A stretch of 64,000 bases of DNA from a virus (Duplodnaviria; Caudoviricetes). The stretch covers positions 1,689 through 65,688 of IMG/VR virus record IMGVR_UViG_3300025872_000002; one strand, 5' to 3'. Numbering within the stretch: the stretch's first letter is position 1; every line of letters begins with the position of its first letter. Positions 55,696 to 64,000 of this stretch are shown here, piece after piece. Under the pieces are notes generated by a model that did no database searches, was not told where the DNA came from, and was given only the letters and a program-made list of their open reading frames with translations. The translations under genes were made by a program, and so were the position numbers.

Positions 55696-55696
55696 A

Positions 55697-55936
55697 TCAA
55701 TGTCCGTTGTCTGATTGATTGCTGCGCTTGCTACGCAGTCGCAGGTTGCCCTTCACACTCTTGCCGCCAGCCCTGAGTGGCTTGACGTGATCGATGTCTT
55801 TACCGTCTCGTGCAACACCCTCCTTGTCATACATGCGACGAGCGCGTTGGCGCTCAATCTGGTCCCTCGTTTCGCCGCTGGCTTTCTGAAGCTTGTAGGC
55901 GTGTTTGTAGTTGCGCTTGCCGTTTACTTGAGTCAT
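55697..55936 (-). CDS. Small HNH endonuclease-like protein
   Basis: DIDHVKPLRAGG...NLRL...N. Confidence 0.75.
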   Translation of the reverse strand: MTQVNGKRNYKHAYKLQKASGETRDQIERQRARRMYDKEGVARDGKDIDHVKPLRAGGKSVKGNLRLRSKRSNQSDNGH

Positions 55937-56610
55937 GACAGATGCTCCGGATGAAATTCGCAGGTCTTGACGGGGCACCACCGACATAGCGGTGATGAGC
56001 TTGGGTTCCATACATCGTGCTCGAAGCTTGCTTTGATACGTCCGATCCGTTCACGGTACTTGGTCCATGCAGCATCCGCTTGGTCACGCATCATCTGCAT
56101 CTTCACCATGTCGTCTTTCACAATGAAGAGCAGCGCTGAGTTGACCTTGCGGATATGCGGGAAGTGCTGGAACACCATGAGTGACATCAGCACGAGCTGA
56201 TCGCGATCCGGGTAACGGTTGTTGCCCGTCTTCCAGTCGCCTACCCATGCCGTCAGATTGTCGTCGTCGATGATCAGAATGTCGGCGATGCCGCGCACCC
56301 ATACTTGTGGTGCATCCCAAGCGCACGTCACAAGACGCTCATCTAACGCCATCTCATACTCGGCAAACTTTCGTCCGGGTTTCGACAGCATGGCGTCCAC
56401 CACCGGCTGAAACTGCGCGTAGATCGCCGGGAGCGGTTTGCTGTCTCGAATGTAGAACTCAATCGCTTCGTGAACCTGTGTGCCGTAGCGCGTGGCATCG
56501 GTCTCCTGAAACGGATAGTTCTTCAGTACCTTGACTTGCTGGTACCTACGCGCACAGCCCTCGTAGTCTTTCAGAGAGCTGTGCGACCACCGGACGATTG
56601 CTGGTTTCAT
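55933..56610 (-). CDS. PD-(D/E)XK (Cas4/RecB-like) exonuclease
   Basis: SHSSLKDYEGC, GTQVH, RGIAD, DWKTG, QL, CRWCPVKTC. Confidence 0.88.
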   Translation of the reverse strand: MKPAIVRWSHSSLKDYEGCARRYQQVKVLKNYPFQETDATRYGTQVHEAIEFYIRDSKPLPAIYAQFQPVVDAMLSKPGRKFAEYEMALDERLVTCAWDAPQVWVRGIADILIIDDDNLTAWVGDWKTGNNRYPDRDQLVLMSLMVFQHFPHIRKVNSALLFIVKDDMVKMQMMRDQADAAWTKYRERIGRIKASFEHDVWNPSSSPLCRWCPVKTCEFHPEHLS

Positions 56611-56897
56611 AGTTTGGCGGTGTTGATGGCGCGGTTGAGCAGCGTGGAGAACTTGGTCACGAACTGCTCGTTGCGGTAAAGCGGATGGTCCATCTCGTAC
56701 AAGATGGCGTGGGTCAGCTCATGCCAGAAAGTCTCCTGCATCTTTGAAGATGACACTGGTCGCTCGCGGGCAGTGGTGTGGATGTGGATTACACCGGGCG
56801 TGTAATCGATGTAGCCATATGCACGCTTGAAGCGCTGGGGCTTGCCGGTGTGGATGAAGTACTTCTTGCGATTGACGACAACGCTCTTGGGGATCAT
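56607..56897 (-). CDS. Small zincin-like HExxH protein
   Basis: TFWHELTHAIL...NEQFV. Confidence 0.7.
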   Translation of the reverse strand: MIPKSVVVNRKKYFIHTGKPQRFKRAYGYIDYTPGVIHIHTTARERPVSSSKMQETFWHELTHAILYEMDHPLYRNEQFVTKFSTLLNRAINTAKL

Positions 56898-56906
56898 GTA
56901 CAGCTC

Positions 56907-58889
56907 CTACTGTTTAGCCAAACCATATCTACGGTGAACACCACCGTCAGCGGCCAGAGGTATCCCCGGCATGTATGAAGGCTCGAGCGTCATCTGCTCG
57001 AGCATCCACTCCAACGCAGGTGACGCCTCTGAATCAGGTGCCACCGCAATGCACTCGTCATGAACGGTACCGACCACGGGGTAGCGTTTTGCTATCCGTA
57101 GCATCCCGTCCGTCATCACGACCCGGGCGGTTCCTTGCACGACGTTGTTCGTAACCTTGCCTGCGTACAGCTTGGTGGCGTCTGGACCGTATACCCACGA
57201 TCTCCCACCGTCTGCCGTTTTCTCGATTCGCAGGTTAGGATACCTAATACTCATGCCGTTGGGAAGCACAATCTCTTCCTTCCTGAACGTCAGGCATTTG
57301 TAGTTGTACTCCTCGCCTTCTGCCAAGCTGCGTTCGATCAGCCCCCCGCACATCTCCCAGAAGCCGACCACGGGGTAGGCGGTAGACCGGTAGATGTCGA
57401 TGATCTTCTTCGCAGCCACGCAGTGCACAACCAACTCCTGTGCGGTGCAGGTGTGCGGGATCTGCTGCATGCGGGACATGTAGTCTGGGTTGTCGAGGAA
57501 GCGTTGCAGGCTGTCGCCGGTGACGCCTAACTGCTTGGCGAACGCCTTGTCGTAGCGTACGGGAGGTGCGCCCAGAAAGCCCACCAGAAGCTGCGCTGCG
57601 AACGACGCCCACCCTAGCTGATACCCGCAGCCCAGCAGCGCCGACTTGGCAGACTGCCTGAGATCAGGATGACTCTCTTTAGACAGCCCGGGGATGTTGA
57701 ACATCTGCGCACCAAACTGTGCGTATGGGTCGCCCTTGGCCTTGAAGATGTTGAGCATCTCTTCGTAGTCAGCCAGCCATGCCAGCACTCGAGGCTCGAT
57801 CTGAGACAGGTCAGCGACCACCAATTGGTGGTTCTCCGGAGCCATGATCGCCTTACGCAGGAAGCTCCCACGTTTAAGGTTCTGCATGTTGATGGCGCTG
57901 CCCTTGCTGGCTGTCCACCGTCCGGTGCTTGCCCCGTAGTAGCTTAGCGGCACCGGCAGTGCGCCTCGAAAAGCGATGTCCAGAAACCGTTGCGCTCGAG
58001 TCCGCTCCGTCGTCGACTTGACGCGTAGCCTTGCCTCACACAGAAGCGCCACTTCTTCTCGTTCGCCGTTGAGCAGCGCTTGGAACAGTGCGTCGTTCTT
58101 TGCCAAGGCGTAGGTCGGCTTGCCCGTGGTCTTGCTCTTCTTCATCGGCGGCTCGCACCCCATCGACACCAGAAGCTCAGCGAACTGCGGGTTGCTTGCC
58201 AACGCTGTTTCCTCGACGCCCAATCTTGCAAGCAGCCCGTCACGAGTTTCCTTCTCTTCCAAGATGGCATGCGCGAGCATGTTTTTGTCTAGCTCCAATA
58301 ACGGGCGGGTGTACATGCGCAACGTCATGTCGATGAGCTTTAGCTCCTTGACCGGGTACCCGGTCAGCAAGCGTTTGAATATCTCTTCGCAGAGATACGT
58401 GTCATGTGCGCAGTACTCTGCAAGCTCCGCCTCAACCTCAGGCGCAAGCGCATCCAGCATGCCGTCGGTGCTGTACACGGCGTTGCCCTTTGGCGGTAGC
58501 TGGAAAGCTTCAGCCAGCTTGCCTAAGCTGTTGCCTACCTCGATTCCGCGCAGTGCGCGGGCCATCGACAAGGTGTCGAAGATGTGGCACGGGTTGGCAC
58601 CGTATATCCAAGACAGGATCGTCACATCGAACTGTGCATTGTGGGCGAGCACCGCAGTGCGGGACCAATCAATACTGTTCGCCCAACCTTGAATCTCGTC
58701 CCGGCTTAGCCACTCGGCAGCGCCCTCCGCACCGACAGGCTTCCAGCACAGCCCCCACGCCTTGAAGCGCGGGTCACGCACGTACTCCTCGGTCGTCATC
58801 TTCGACAACGTGTAGGTCTTCTTGCACCACGCCGTCTCGAAGTCCAGCACAATGATCTGATCGAACGGGCGTTTAGTTGTAGCTGCCAC
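56907..58889 (-). CDS. polA: DNA polymerase, family A, with 3'-5' exonuclease
   Basis: Exo LDFET, HNAQFD, YCAHD; motif A DLSQIEPR; motif B RQSAKSALLGCGY; motif C VHDE; probable GTG start at 58889. Confidence 0.95.
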   Translation of the reverse strand: MAATTKRPFDQIIVLDFETAWCKKTYTLSKMTTEEYVRDPRFKAWGLCWKPVGAEGAAEWLSRDEIQGWANSIDWSRTAVLAHNAQFDVTILSWIYGANPCHIFDTLSMARALRGIEVGNSLGKLAEAFQLPPKGNAVYSTDGMLDALAPEVEAELAEYCAHDTYLCEEIFKRLLTGYPVKELKLIDMTLRMYTRPLLELDKNMLAHAILEEKETRDGLLARLGVEETALASNPQFAELLVSMGCEPPMKKSKTTGKPTYALAKNDALFQALLNGEREEVALLCEARLRVKSTTERTRAQRFLDIAFRGALPVPLSYYGASTGRWTASKGSAINMQNLKRGSFLRKAIMAPENHQLVVADLSQIEPRVLAWLADYEEMLNIFKAKGDPYAQFGAQMFNIPGLSKESHPDLRQSAKSALLGCGYQLGWASFAAQLLVGFLGAPPVRYDKAFAKQLGVTGDSLQRFLDNPDYMSRMQQIPHTCTAQELVVHCVAAKKIIDIYRSTAYPVVGFWEMCGGLIERSLAEGEEYNYKCLTFRKEEIVLPNGMSIRYPNLRIEKTADGGRSWVYGPDATKLYAGKVTNNVVQGTARVVMTDGMLRIAKRYPVVGTVHDECIAVAPDSEASPALEWMLEQMTLEPSYMPGIPLAADGGVHRRYGLAKQ

Positions 58890-59166
58890 GGTCAGGCGCT
58901 CCCTCTTTAATGTCTTCGGCGACTTTGTTGTATGCCATCTCAAGTATTTCGTAGGCGTCGTCCATGTCAGCGTTGAGCGCCGCAATGTTGAGCACCGACT
59001 CGTTGTCCACGAACGTGTCTTTCTTTACGATGAGTATCGCGCTCAGGTTCGAGTCTTCTTTGCAGCAGTCCACAAATAGGCTCAGCGCATTCAGGAATAC
59101 GAAGCGTCGGCTCAGCGGCATGCTGTCCAGCATCTCTACAAACTGCTCATACGTCCCTCTGTCCAT
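58873..59166 (-). CDS. Hypothetical protein
   Basis: 97-aa ORF coupled between VRR-NUC and polA. Confidence 0.65.
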   Translation of the reverse strand: MDRGTYEQFVEMLDSMPLSRRFVFLNALSLFVDCCKEDSNLSAILIVKKDTFVDNESVLNIAALNADMDDAYEILEMAYNKVAEDIKEGAPDRGSYN

Positions 59167-59443
59167 TTAAGAACTCCTCTAGTTGATTAAGGTTAGTCTC
59201 GTTGATCACAAACGTAGTGCCGCCAGCGGCACGGATGTCAGCTAAGTGCTTTTCTTGTAGTGCGGTGGTCTGCCCCTTTCCGGCTTTTGCCTCAATGCCA
59301 ATGAAGTGCCCATCGTGACAAACAAGGAAGTCCGGGACGCCGCTGTTGCCGTAGCCTGTGCCAATCGGCATGGCGTAGTACGTCCTTGTCGTGTCCAAGA
59401 TTTTACGTATATGTTTCTTAACTGTCGCTTCGGGAGTTGCCAT
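59147..59443 (-). CDS. VRR-NUC domain nuclease
   Basis: TPEATVK, GVPDFL, IEAKAG, TALQ; start ATG 59443. Confidence 0.88.
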   Translation of the reverse strand: MATPEATVKKHIRKILDTTRTYYAMPIGTGYGNSGVPDFLVCHDGHFIGIEAKAGKGQTTALQEKHLADIRAAGGTTFVINETNLNQLEEFLNGQRDV

Positions 59444-59460
59444 TGCAAAATCCTTGTGTT

Positions 59461-59598
59461 GGGTAGGGGGGAAATGTAGATTCCGCGCCCCCCTGATTCG
59501 CGGTGAGGAGATGCAGTGTGCGGACAACTTACACTGCTCAGCAAAGGCCCACATCTACAAGGCGGGCACCCCTCTGCTGGTACATGCCCAATGGGCAT
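59461..59598 (-). ncRNA. Candidate structured leader RNA (multi-stem junction plus pseudoknot)
   Basis: Pairs 59475-81/59553-59, 59483-87/59499-503, 59513-19/59531-37, and loop 59488-93 with 59466-71. Confidence 0.5.
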
Positions 59599-59834
59599 TA
59601 ACGCTGTACTGACAGCACCTCGATCAGTTTCTGTGTGTAGTGTGCTGCTTTCTTGATCTCTTGCAAAGCTTCATCCTTGGCCCCCATCCGCATGAGGTAC
59701 TTGAGTGCGTTGCCCCGGTAGAAGCCGATCTGTTGTTCGACCGGCCATGTGTCCACCACATCCCAAGGCTGAACGCGAAGTGTCTTGTAGTGCGAACCGC
59801 CGACTTGTATGTCACGTGCTGATGTCGAGTCCAC
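59598..59834 (-). CDS. DUF3310 (SaV-like) protein
   Basis: QVGGSHYK, QPWD, GFYRGNALKYLMR.G.K. Confidence 0.85.
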   Translation of the reverse strand: MDSTSARDIQVGGSHYKTLRVQPWDVVDTWPVEQQIGFYRGNALKYLMRMGAKDEALQEIKKAAHYTQKLIEVLSVQR

Positions 59835-60117
59835 GTTTTCTCTCCCGGTAGCGTTTCATGATTTCGGAACGTGTCGTGCGGCGACGAGGTAGATCTTCGC
59901 CTTTTCCCAGCGCATACACTGGGATGCAATCCCGACCTAAGTTGTCCTGTTGCCACTGCGTGATGTGCACAACGCCTTGCTGTCGTAGTTCGCGAAGCCA
60001 TGACTGGGCAGTCACAAGATGCACCTCTGCTTCGCTTGCTAGCCGTGCTGCCGTCGTCGGGCCGTTGTGCAGCACCGCAATGGTCTTAGCCATCTTGATG
60101 TGATTGATCTTCCTCAA
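59812..60117 (-). CDS. Winged-HTH protein
   Basis: GPTTAARLASEAEVHLVTAQSWLRELRQQGVVHI. Confidence 0.7.
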   Translation of the reverse strand: MRKINHIKMAKTIAVLHNGPTTAARLASEAEVHLVTAQSWLRELRQQGVVHITQWQQDNLGRDCIPVYALGKGEDLPRRRTTRSEIMKRYRERKRGLDIST

Positions 60118-60287
60118 AGCCGAGTCTCCTCCGCTTGAATGCGGACGGTCTGCACAAGGAGTCGCATTTGTGCGATCAGGTCTGGCCCCATGTCAACGGC
60201 ATCTGCCCACTTCCGCTCGATCAGGAGTTGTTCGTAGTCTTTCAACATGTGTCGCAGCGTAAGCAGTGGGTTTGCGTAGTCGTTCAT
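60114..60287 (-). CDS. Hypothetical protein (57 aa)
   Basis: MNDYANPLL...; coupled to neighbours. Confidence 0.65.
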   Translation of the reverse strand: MNDYANPLLTLRHMLKDYEQLLIERKWADAVDMGPDLIAQMRLLVQTVRIQAEETRL

Positions 60288-60628
60288 AGGTTGTCCTCGT
60301 TGTATAGGGTGCTCTTCCACATCGTGACGACGGGCATGTGATTGTGACTTTGTGTGGGTACGACGTACTTGATGGGGGAGATCCAGCCCATCAGCTTTAG
60401 CGCTCGTACGCCTGAGACCCACACGTTGGGGTGCAGTTCCTTGGGGCGAGTGAGTCCGCGCACCCTACAGTTTGCTCGAAACTCATCGCCGAGAACAAGC
60501 GGTTTTGACGTCAGCAACTCTTTAGCCAGCTCAAGATAGCCTTCTACGAACTCAGGGCTGGTGTTGTACGCCTTGGCCCAGCACTTCTGAGCCAGTTCAT
60601 AGGCGTTGTCCATACGGTCGTCTACCAT
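60284..60628 (-). CDS. Conserved phage protein
   Basis: GDEFR, HPNVW, SHNH...WKS. Confidence 0.7.
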   Translation of the reverse strand: MVDDRMDNAYELAQKCWAKAYNTSPEFVEGYLELAKELLTSKPLVLGDEFRANCRVRGLTRPKELHPNVWVSGVRALKLMGWISPIKYVVPTQSHNHMPVVTMWKSTLYNEDNL

Positions 60629-60643
60629 TTTGCTTCTCCTATG

Positions 60644-60967
60644 TCAGTCATCATATCCGCGAACGTGTGGGTAGCTCGTTGTCCACGTGCTTGTCGGCCC
60701 GATGACTGGGGGTTTGTTGGGGGTGGGTTCGCTTGGCTGTACGTTATCAACGTCTTTGGAAACGGCCACTCTACGGCAGTCCCACTTCCAGACGTTTTGA
60801 TTGTTTGGGGAAGTTTTTTCGCTGATGATTTTCCCTTCATTGACTAACTCCCGCATCGCAGAGTTAACAGCTGTCCGCCCCACTAAAAAGTAGTTAGACA
60901 GTGCTTTGGTTGTGACGCCACCTTTTCGTCCTCGCATGTGGCGCTCTATTTTTTCTTTTACGGTCAT
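60644..60967 (-). CDS. Winged-HTH-like protein
   Basis: VTTKALSNYFLVGRTAVNSAMRELVNEGKI. Confidence 0.65.
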   Translation of the reverse strand: MTVKEKIERHMRGRKGGVTTKALSNYFLVGRTAVNSAMRELVNEGKIISEKTSPNNQNVWKWDCRRVAVSKDVDNVQPSEPTPNKPPVIGPTSTWTTSYPHVRGYDD

Positions 60968-60972
60968 GAAAC

Positions 60973-61185
60973 TTATCCCAGTGAATTAAGAAACTTGTCC
61001 AGCTTGTCGTGCAACTCTTTCCGGGCTAGCTCGCCCATCGTGCTCGTGAGCATCTGCGTCTTTGAGTACCGCTTGAGAATGACCTCGTTGGTATTGGCTA
61101 AGTGTTCTTTTAGGTCTGCCCCCGCTTCAAGATTGAATTCTTTGTCGGTCACGATCAGTCGGTACAGCTCTTTTTGTACGCTCAT
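60973..61185 (-). CDS. Hypothetical protein
   Basis: ATGA-coupled ORF with GGAG RBS. Confidence 0.65.
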   Translation of the reverse strand: MSVQKELYRLIVTDKEFNLEAGADLKEHLANTNEVILKRYSKTQMLTSTMGELARKELHDKLDKFLNSLG

Positions 61186-61397
61186 GTGTTCTTCTCCTGT
61201 GCCGCTTCATGCCCTTCCATGAACCCGTCATGCCACGCTTTGTCCCATGCGATGCACCACAACTCATAAGAGCCATCGAGCGGGAACCTGAACTCTGTTT
61301 TGTTTTTCATGTATGCCTTGACATCCTTGCGCTTGATGAACGCCTCCCATGCCTTGTCACGGGCGCGATTGTTGATTGGGATGTTGTCTAGTTTCAT
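61182..61397 (-). CDS. Hypothetical protein
   Basis: Coupled ORF ending EKNT. Confidence 0.65.
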   Translation of the reverse strand: MKLDNIPINNRARDKAWEAFIKRKDVKAYMKNKTEFRFPLDGSYELWCIAWDKAWHDGFMEGHEAAQEKNT

Positions 61398-61567
61398 GTG
61401 TTCTTCTCTTTCTCGTCTATTGGTTGCATAGCTTTGCTCAGCATCTGGTCGTGCTGTCGCTTCATTTCTTTTATCGTTTCGAGAATTTCCTCGATCTGCT
61501 TAATCGTGTACTCGCCTTCAGGCAGGTGGAATCTCGCCATTCTGTAGGTTTTGATTTCTTCGGTCAT
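61394..61567 (-). CDS. Hypothetical protein (57 aa), not in ORF track
   Basis: MTEEIKTYRMARF...EKEKNT; ATGA overlaps at both ends. Confidence 0.65.
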   Translation of the reverse strand: MTEEIKTYRMARFHLPEGEYTIKQIEEILETIKEMKRQHDQMLSKAMQPIDEKEKNT

Positions 61568-61794
61568 GTGTTCTTCTCCTTCAGCTTTGCTTCGACCGCA
61601 AGCGCCAATTCCTCGTAGTTGTAGTTTTTGCTGTGAATAATCTGGTATTCCTCATCCGTCAGCCCGACCCATTGGCGCGGTTCAAGCCTAGGCCAGACTT
61701 CGAACAAGTTATTAAACTTTATTTTGCGATCGTTGATCTCTCGTTGCGTGAACCCGGCGATGAGTAGTACGGCGTTTTGTTTTTCATTGATCAC
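61564..61794 (-). CDS. WVGLT/EAKLKEKN-module protein
   Basis: RQWVGLTDEE...AVEAKLKEKNT. Confidence 0.7.
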   Translation of the reverse strand: MINEKQNAVLLIAGFTQREINDRKIKFNNLFEVWPRLEPRQWVGLTDEEYQIIHSKNYNYEELALAVEAKLKEKNT

Positions 61795-62077
61795 GGCTCT
61801 CCCCCTCGATACCTAGCATCTCTGATACGTCTTCAACCTTGATGTAATCAAAATCAAACTCCCACAACGACTCTAATTTTTTTGCTGCTTCGTTCGCCTC
61901 TTCCAAGGTTTCATGTGTTGATCGCACATTGGTCAGTCCGCGACCGGGATAGTAGGTAGACCAAGCTACCACCCAAAAAACTTTCCATTCACGCTTCACA
62001 ACCTCTACCGGGTCTTTATCTACTCTGTCGTCGTAGCAGGAACATCCTCGTTCATAGCATTCTTTGCTAACCAGCAT
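61784..62077 (-). CDS. Hypothetical protein
   Basis: Overlap-coupled ORF. Confidence 0.65.
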   Translation of the reverse strand: MLVSKECYERGCSCYDDRVDKDPVEVVKREWKVFWVVAWSTYYPGRGLTNVRSTHETLEEANEAAKKLESLWEFDFDYIKVEDVSEMLGIEGESRDQ

Positions 62078-62303
62078 TGTTCTTCTCCTTCAGCTTTGCT
62101 TCGATGTCGCGTTCATACCCCCAGTCGCCTGATATGCACTCACCGAATTGGTTGTGGTGTTGTACATAGATCGCGTTAATCTCCTCAGCCGTCAGCTCTA
62201 CCCACTCATGCTTCCTGTACAGCGGGATCCAACTGCGGCCAAGTCCTGCGCCGTCATACCTAACCCGCTGGCTAACGGGGTGATACCAAAGGACGGGTTT
62301 CAT
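62067..62303 (-). CDS. WVELT/EAKLKEKN-module protein
   Basis: EWVELTAEE...IEAKLKEKN; start ATG 62303. Confidence 0.7.
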   Translation of the reverse strand: MKPVLWYHPVSQRVRYDGAGLGRSWIPLYRKHEWVELTAEEINAIYVQHHNQFGECISGDWGYERDIEAKLKEKNNAG

Positions 62304-62527
62304 GTGTTCTTCTCCCTGAGCCATGCCTCGATAGCCCGTGCGAAATCAAACCACCCGCTCTCCCATGCGTCGTACTCCTGATAGACGGCGTATCGGTCGT
62401 ACAAGGTCTGCGTCTCTTCTTCTGTCAGCCCGACCCATTCCTTTGGTTCTTTCGCTGATTCCTGAGCCGTGGCCCACGCCTTCTCAACCCATGCTTCCCA
62501 CTCGACACGGGTCATGGGCTTAGCCAT
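62300..62527 (-). CDS. WVGLT-module protein
   Basis: EWVGLTEEE...FARAIEAWLREKNT. Confidence 0.7.
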   Translation of the reverse strand: MAKPMTRVEWEAWVEKAWATAQESAKEPKEWVGLTEEETQTLYDRYAVYQEYDAWESGWFDFARAIEAWLREKNT

Positions 62528-63110
62528 GATTCTTCTCCTTTAGCTTTGCATCGACCATGTAAACCAACGCTTGCCAGTTTGTTCTATCGCCGAAAGTAGC
62601 GCGATTGACTAGAGCGCGCGCTTCGTCGTCTGTCAGTTCGACCCATTCTTGCGGCTCCGTGTACAGCGGCACCGTATGCGGTGGGTCTGGCTCCATCACA
62701 AAACAATCGGGCCAGCCGTGAATTCGCTCGTCAACGTAGGCGACAGGCTTCGCCTTTTGCCGCGCACAGACCAGACACCCATCATCGGGGATCACGGCCT
62801 TCCAACCGCATTCTTTGCACAGTTCGAGTGAGGTTTGGTCGTACGGCTCTTGGCGCGGTGCGGTGTATAGCGGCATAGATTCTGTGGCGTAGGGGGGCGG
62901 TTCGCTGTGCGTTAGCACCCAATTGCTGACAAACTCGCCGTTGACCAATGCTTTCCATCTCCACGCCACCGGCTTCTCAGCCTGCTCGATGGCAGCGCGG
63001 AGGGCAGTGATGGCTGCGTCATGTGTAAGCACAGGCAAACTACCCTCGCTGATCTTAGGTTTGTGTCTCTCCAACACTTCCAGCGCCTGCCGCATTGCTT
63101 CGATGCTCAT
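62520..63110 (-). CDS. Mosaic PVAW/PLYT/WVELT-module protein
   Basis: MSIEAMRQALE, two PVA..PLYT units, CxxC..CxxC, WVELT...AKLKEKN. Confidence 0.7.
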   Translation of the reverse strand: MSIEAMRQALEVLERHKPKISEGSLPVLTHDAAITALRAAIEQAEKPVAWRWKALVNGEFVSNWVLTHSEPPPYATESMPLYTAPRQEPYDQTSLELCKECGWKAVIPDDGCLVCARQKAKPVAYVDERIHGWPDCFVMEPDPPHTVPLYTEPQEWVELTDDEARALVNRATFGDRTNWQALVYMVDAKLKEKNHG

Positions 63111-63400
63111 TTCTTCTCTCCAAATTCTTCGTTCAGTATTCGCGCTGCGTGATGCTCGACCTCTGGCCGCAGATCCCTGAAGGCGAGCTTGAGATTGGCA
63201 ACTTGTAGCTTCCCGATCAGTGTGTAGCAGGTGTTTTCTAGGCTTGCGATACGGTCGTTTTGCTTCTCTGCTTGCTCAATAGCATCACGAAGGGTGGTGA
63301 CCGTTTTGGTTAAAGGAGTGTTCGGCACCATCCAAAGCGCGGCGCTTTTGTTTGTAGATTCAATAAACTCCAGCGCCATCTTCATTGCCTCGATGCTCAT
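63107..63400 (-). CDS. Hypothetical protein sharing its N-terminus with 62520..63110
   Basis: MSIEAMKMALE...LRDAIEQAEK. Confidence 0.7.
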   Translation of the reverse strand: MSIEAMKMALEFIESTNKSAALWMVPNTPLTKTVTTLRDAIEQAEKQNDRIASLENTCYTLIGKLQVANLKLAFRDLRPEVEHHAARILNEEFGEKK

Positions 63401-63621
63401 TCCACCCTCTCATACGTTGCTTCAAAGATGTCAGGCTTGCAGGGGTAGTGTTCGCCCTTGACGCCGGTGATGATCCAGTCGCCGGGGGCGACAAGATGCA
63501 CACCCTCCAGCGTGTCGATCATGGGGACGCCCGTGTGCTTGCCCGGGCGAACTTCTGGATGGTCTCCCATCTTGAACCACTGCGTAGCCTCAATGACCAC
63601 GGGTTTCTTGCGGAACTTCAT
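63397..63621 (-). CDS. Widespread small phage protein (KKPVVIEA...PGDW...YPCKPDIF family)
   Basis: MKFRKKPVVIEATQW, TLEG, PGDWII.GVKGE.YPCKPDIFEATY. Confidence 0.8.
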   Translation of the reverse strand: MKFRKKPVVIEATQWFKMGDHPEVRPGKHTGVPMIDTLEGVHLVAPGDWIITGVKGEHYPCKPDIFEATYERVE

Positions 63622-63848
63622 CGCTCTACTCCAAAATGTTTTCTCAAAACACGAGCCACTTCGTGACCACTCAGACCAGAATTGCCGTATTCAACTGCAA
63701 ACAAGTCGGCGCATTCCCTGATAATCAACTTGGCAAACGCCTCTATTTCATCGCCGACTAATGAATCCTGCGAGCAATCGTTCAGCCCGTTAGTCTTTTC
63801 AAACTCTGCTCCGGCTCGTTCAGCAAGCTCTTGTATTCGTTTGTTCAT
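63618..63848 (-). CDS. Conserved small phage protein
   Basis: MNKRIQELAERAG...FAKLIIRECA...HFGVE. Confidence 0.7.
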   Translation of the reverse strand: MNKRIQELAERAGAEFEKTNGLNDCSQDSLVGDEIEAFAKLIIRECADLFAVEYGNSGLSGHEVARVLRKHFGVER

Positions 63849-64000
63849 AGCGAACTCCATGCAAGGACGTACGCTCGTCCGCGTTCCCGCACATCAATCT
63901 GCCTGTCCCTTACCTTCAACCGTTTCGCGTAGTACCGCGCCCGACCGAGATACGGGGTGACGATGAAATTGCTGTAGCCGAACGAAAACTTGCGGGCCTT

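Noticed and set aside
55933-56610. Cas4-like nuclease as a CRISPR component
   Set aside because: Stand-alone in the replication module, as is common in phages; no array or other cas genes.
59461-59598. Hammerhead ribozyme
   Set aside because: The CUGAnGA and GAAA core is not present in the required positions on either strand.
63397-63621. Assignment as a known anti-defence sponge protein
   Set aside because: I recognise it as a widespread phage family but cannot match it confidently to a named anti-defence protein without a search.
1-64000. tRNA/rRNA genes, integrase, transposase, genetic-code reassignment
   Set aside because: None recognised by eye; genes are long and intact under the standard code. 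A tRNAscan run would be needed to exclude tRNAs fully.

Overview
The window is a near-complete genome of a tailed dsDNA phage with podovirus-like organisation. The host is probably a Gram-negative proteobacterium (inference). It has three blocks. (1) 1-7.1 kb, minus strand: small early/accessory genes (DUF932, GP88-like, NinX-like), punctuated by about 10 copies of a palindrome CGGGAC-N4-GTCCCG and containing an AT-rich element flanked by a perfect 19-bp inverted repeat. (2) 7.5-48.7 kb, plus strand: terminase, portal, GroES-like co-chaperonin, scaffold and major capsid protein. These are followed by a glycosyltransferase/acetyltransferase island bracketed by two paralogues with the same N-terminal peptide, lysis genes, small basic core-like proteins, tail/fibre genes, ejection proteins and a 2779-aa LPD38-type polyvalent protein. 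(3) 48.7-64 kb, minus strand: primase-helicase, HTH regulator, SSB-like protein, SNF2 helicase, HNH and PD-(D/E)XK nucleases, family A DNA polymerase, VRR-NUC and many small modular genes. I found no integrase, tRNA, CRISPR array or reverse transcriptase. Best leads are the putative virion-glycosylation module, the palindrome-punctuated early operon, two pseudoknotted intergenic RNAs (about 16150 and 59460), a candidate origin, and a twin-arginine-motif insert inside the giant protein. All family calls come from motif recognition by eye, not database searches.
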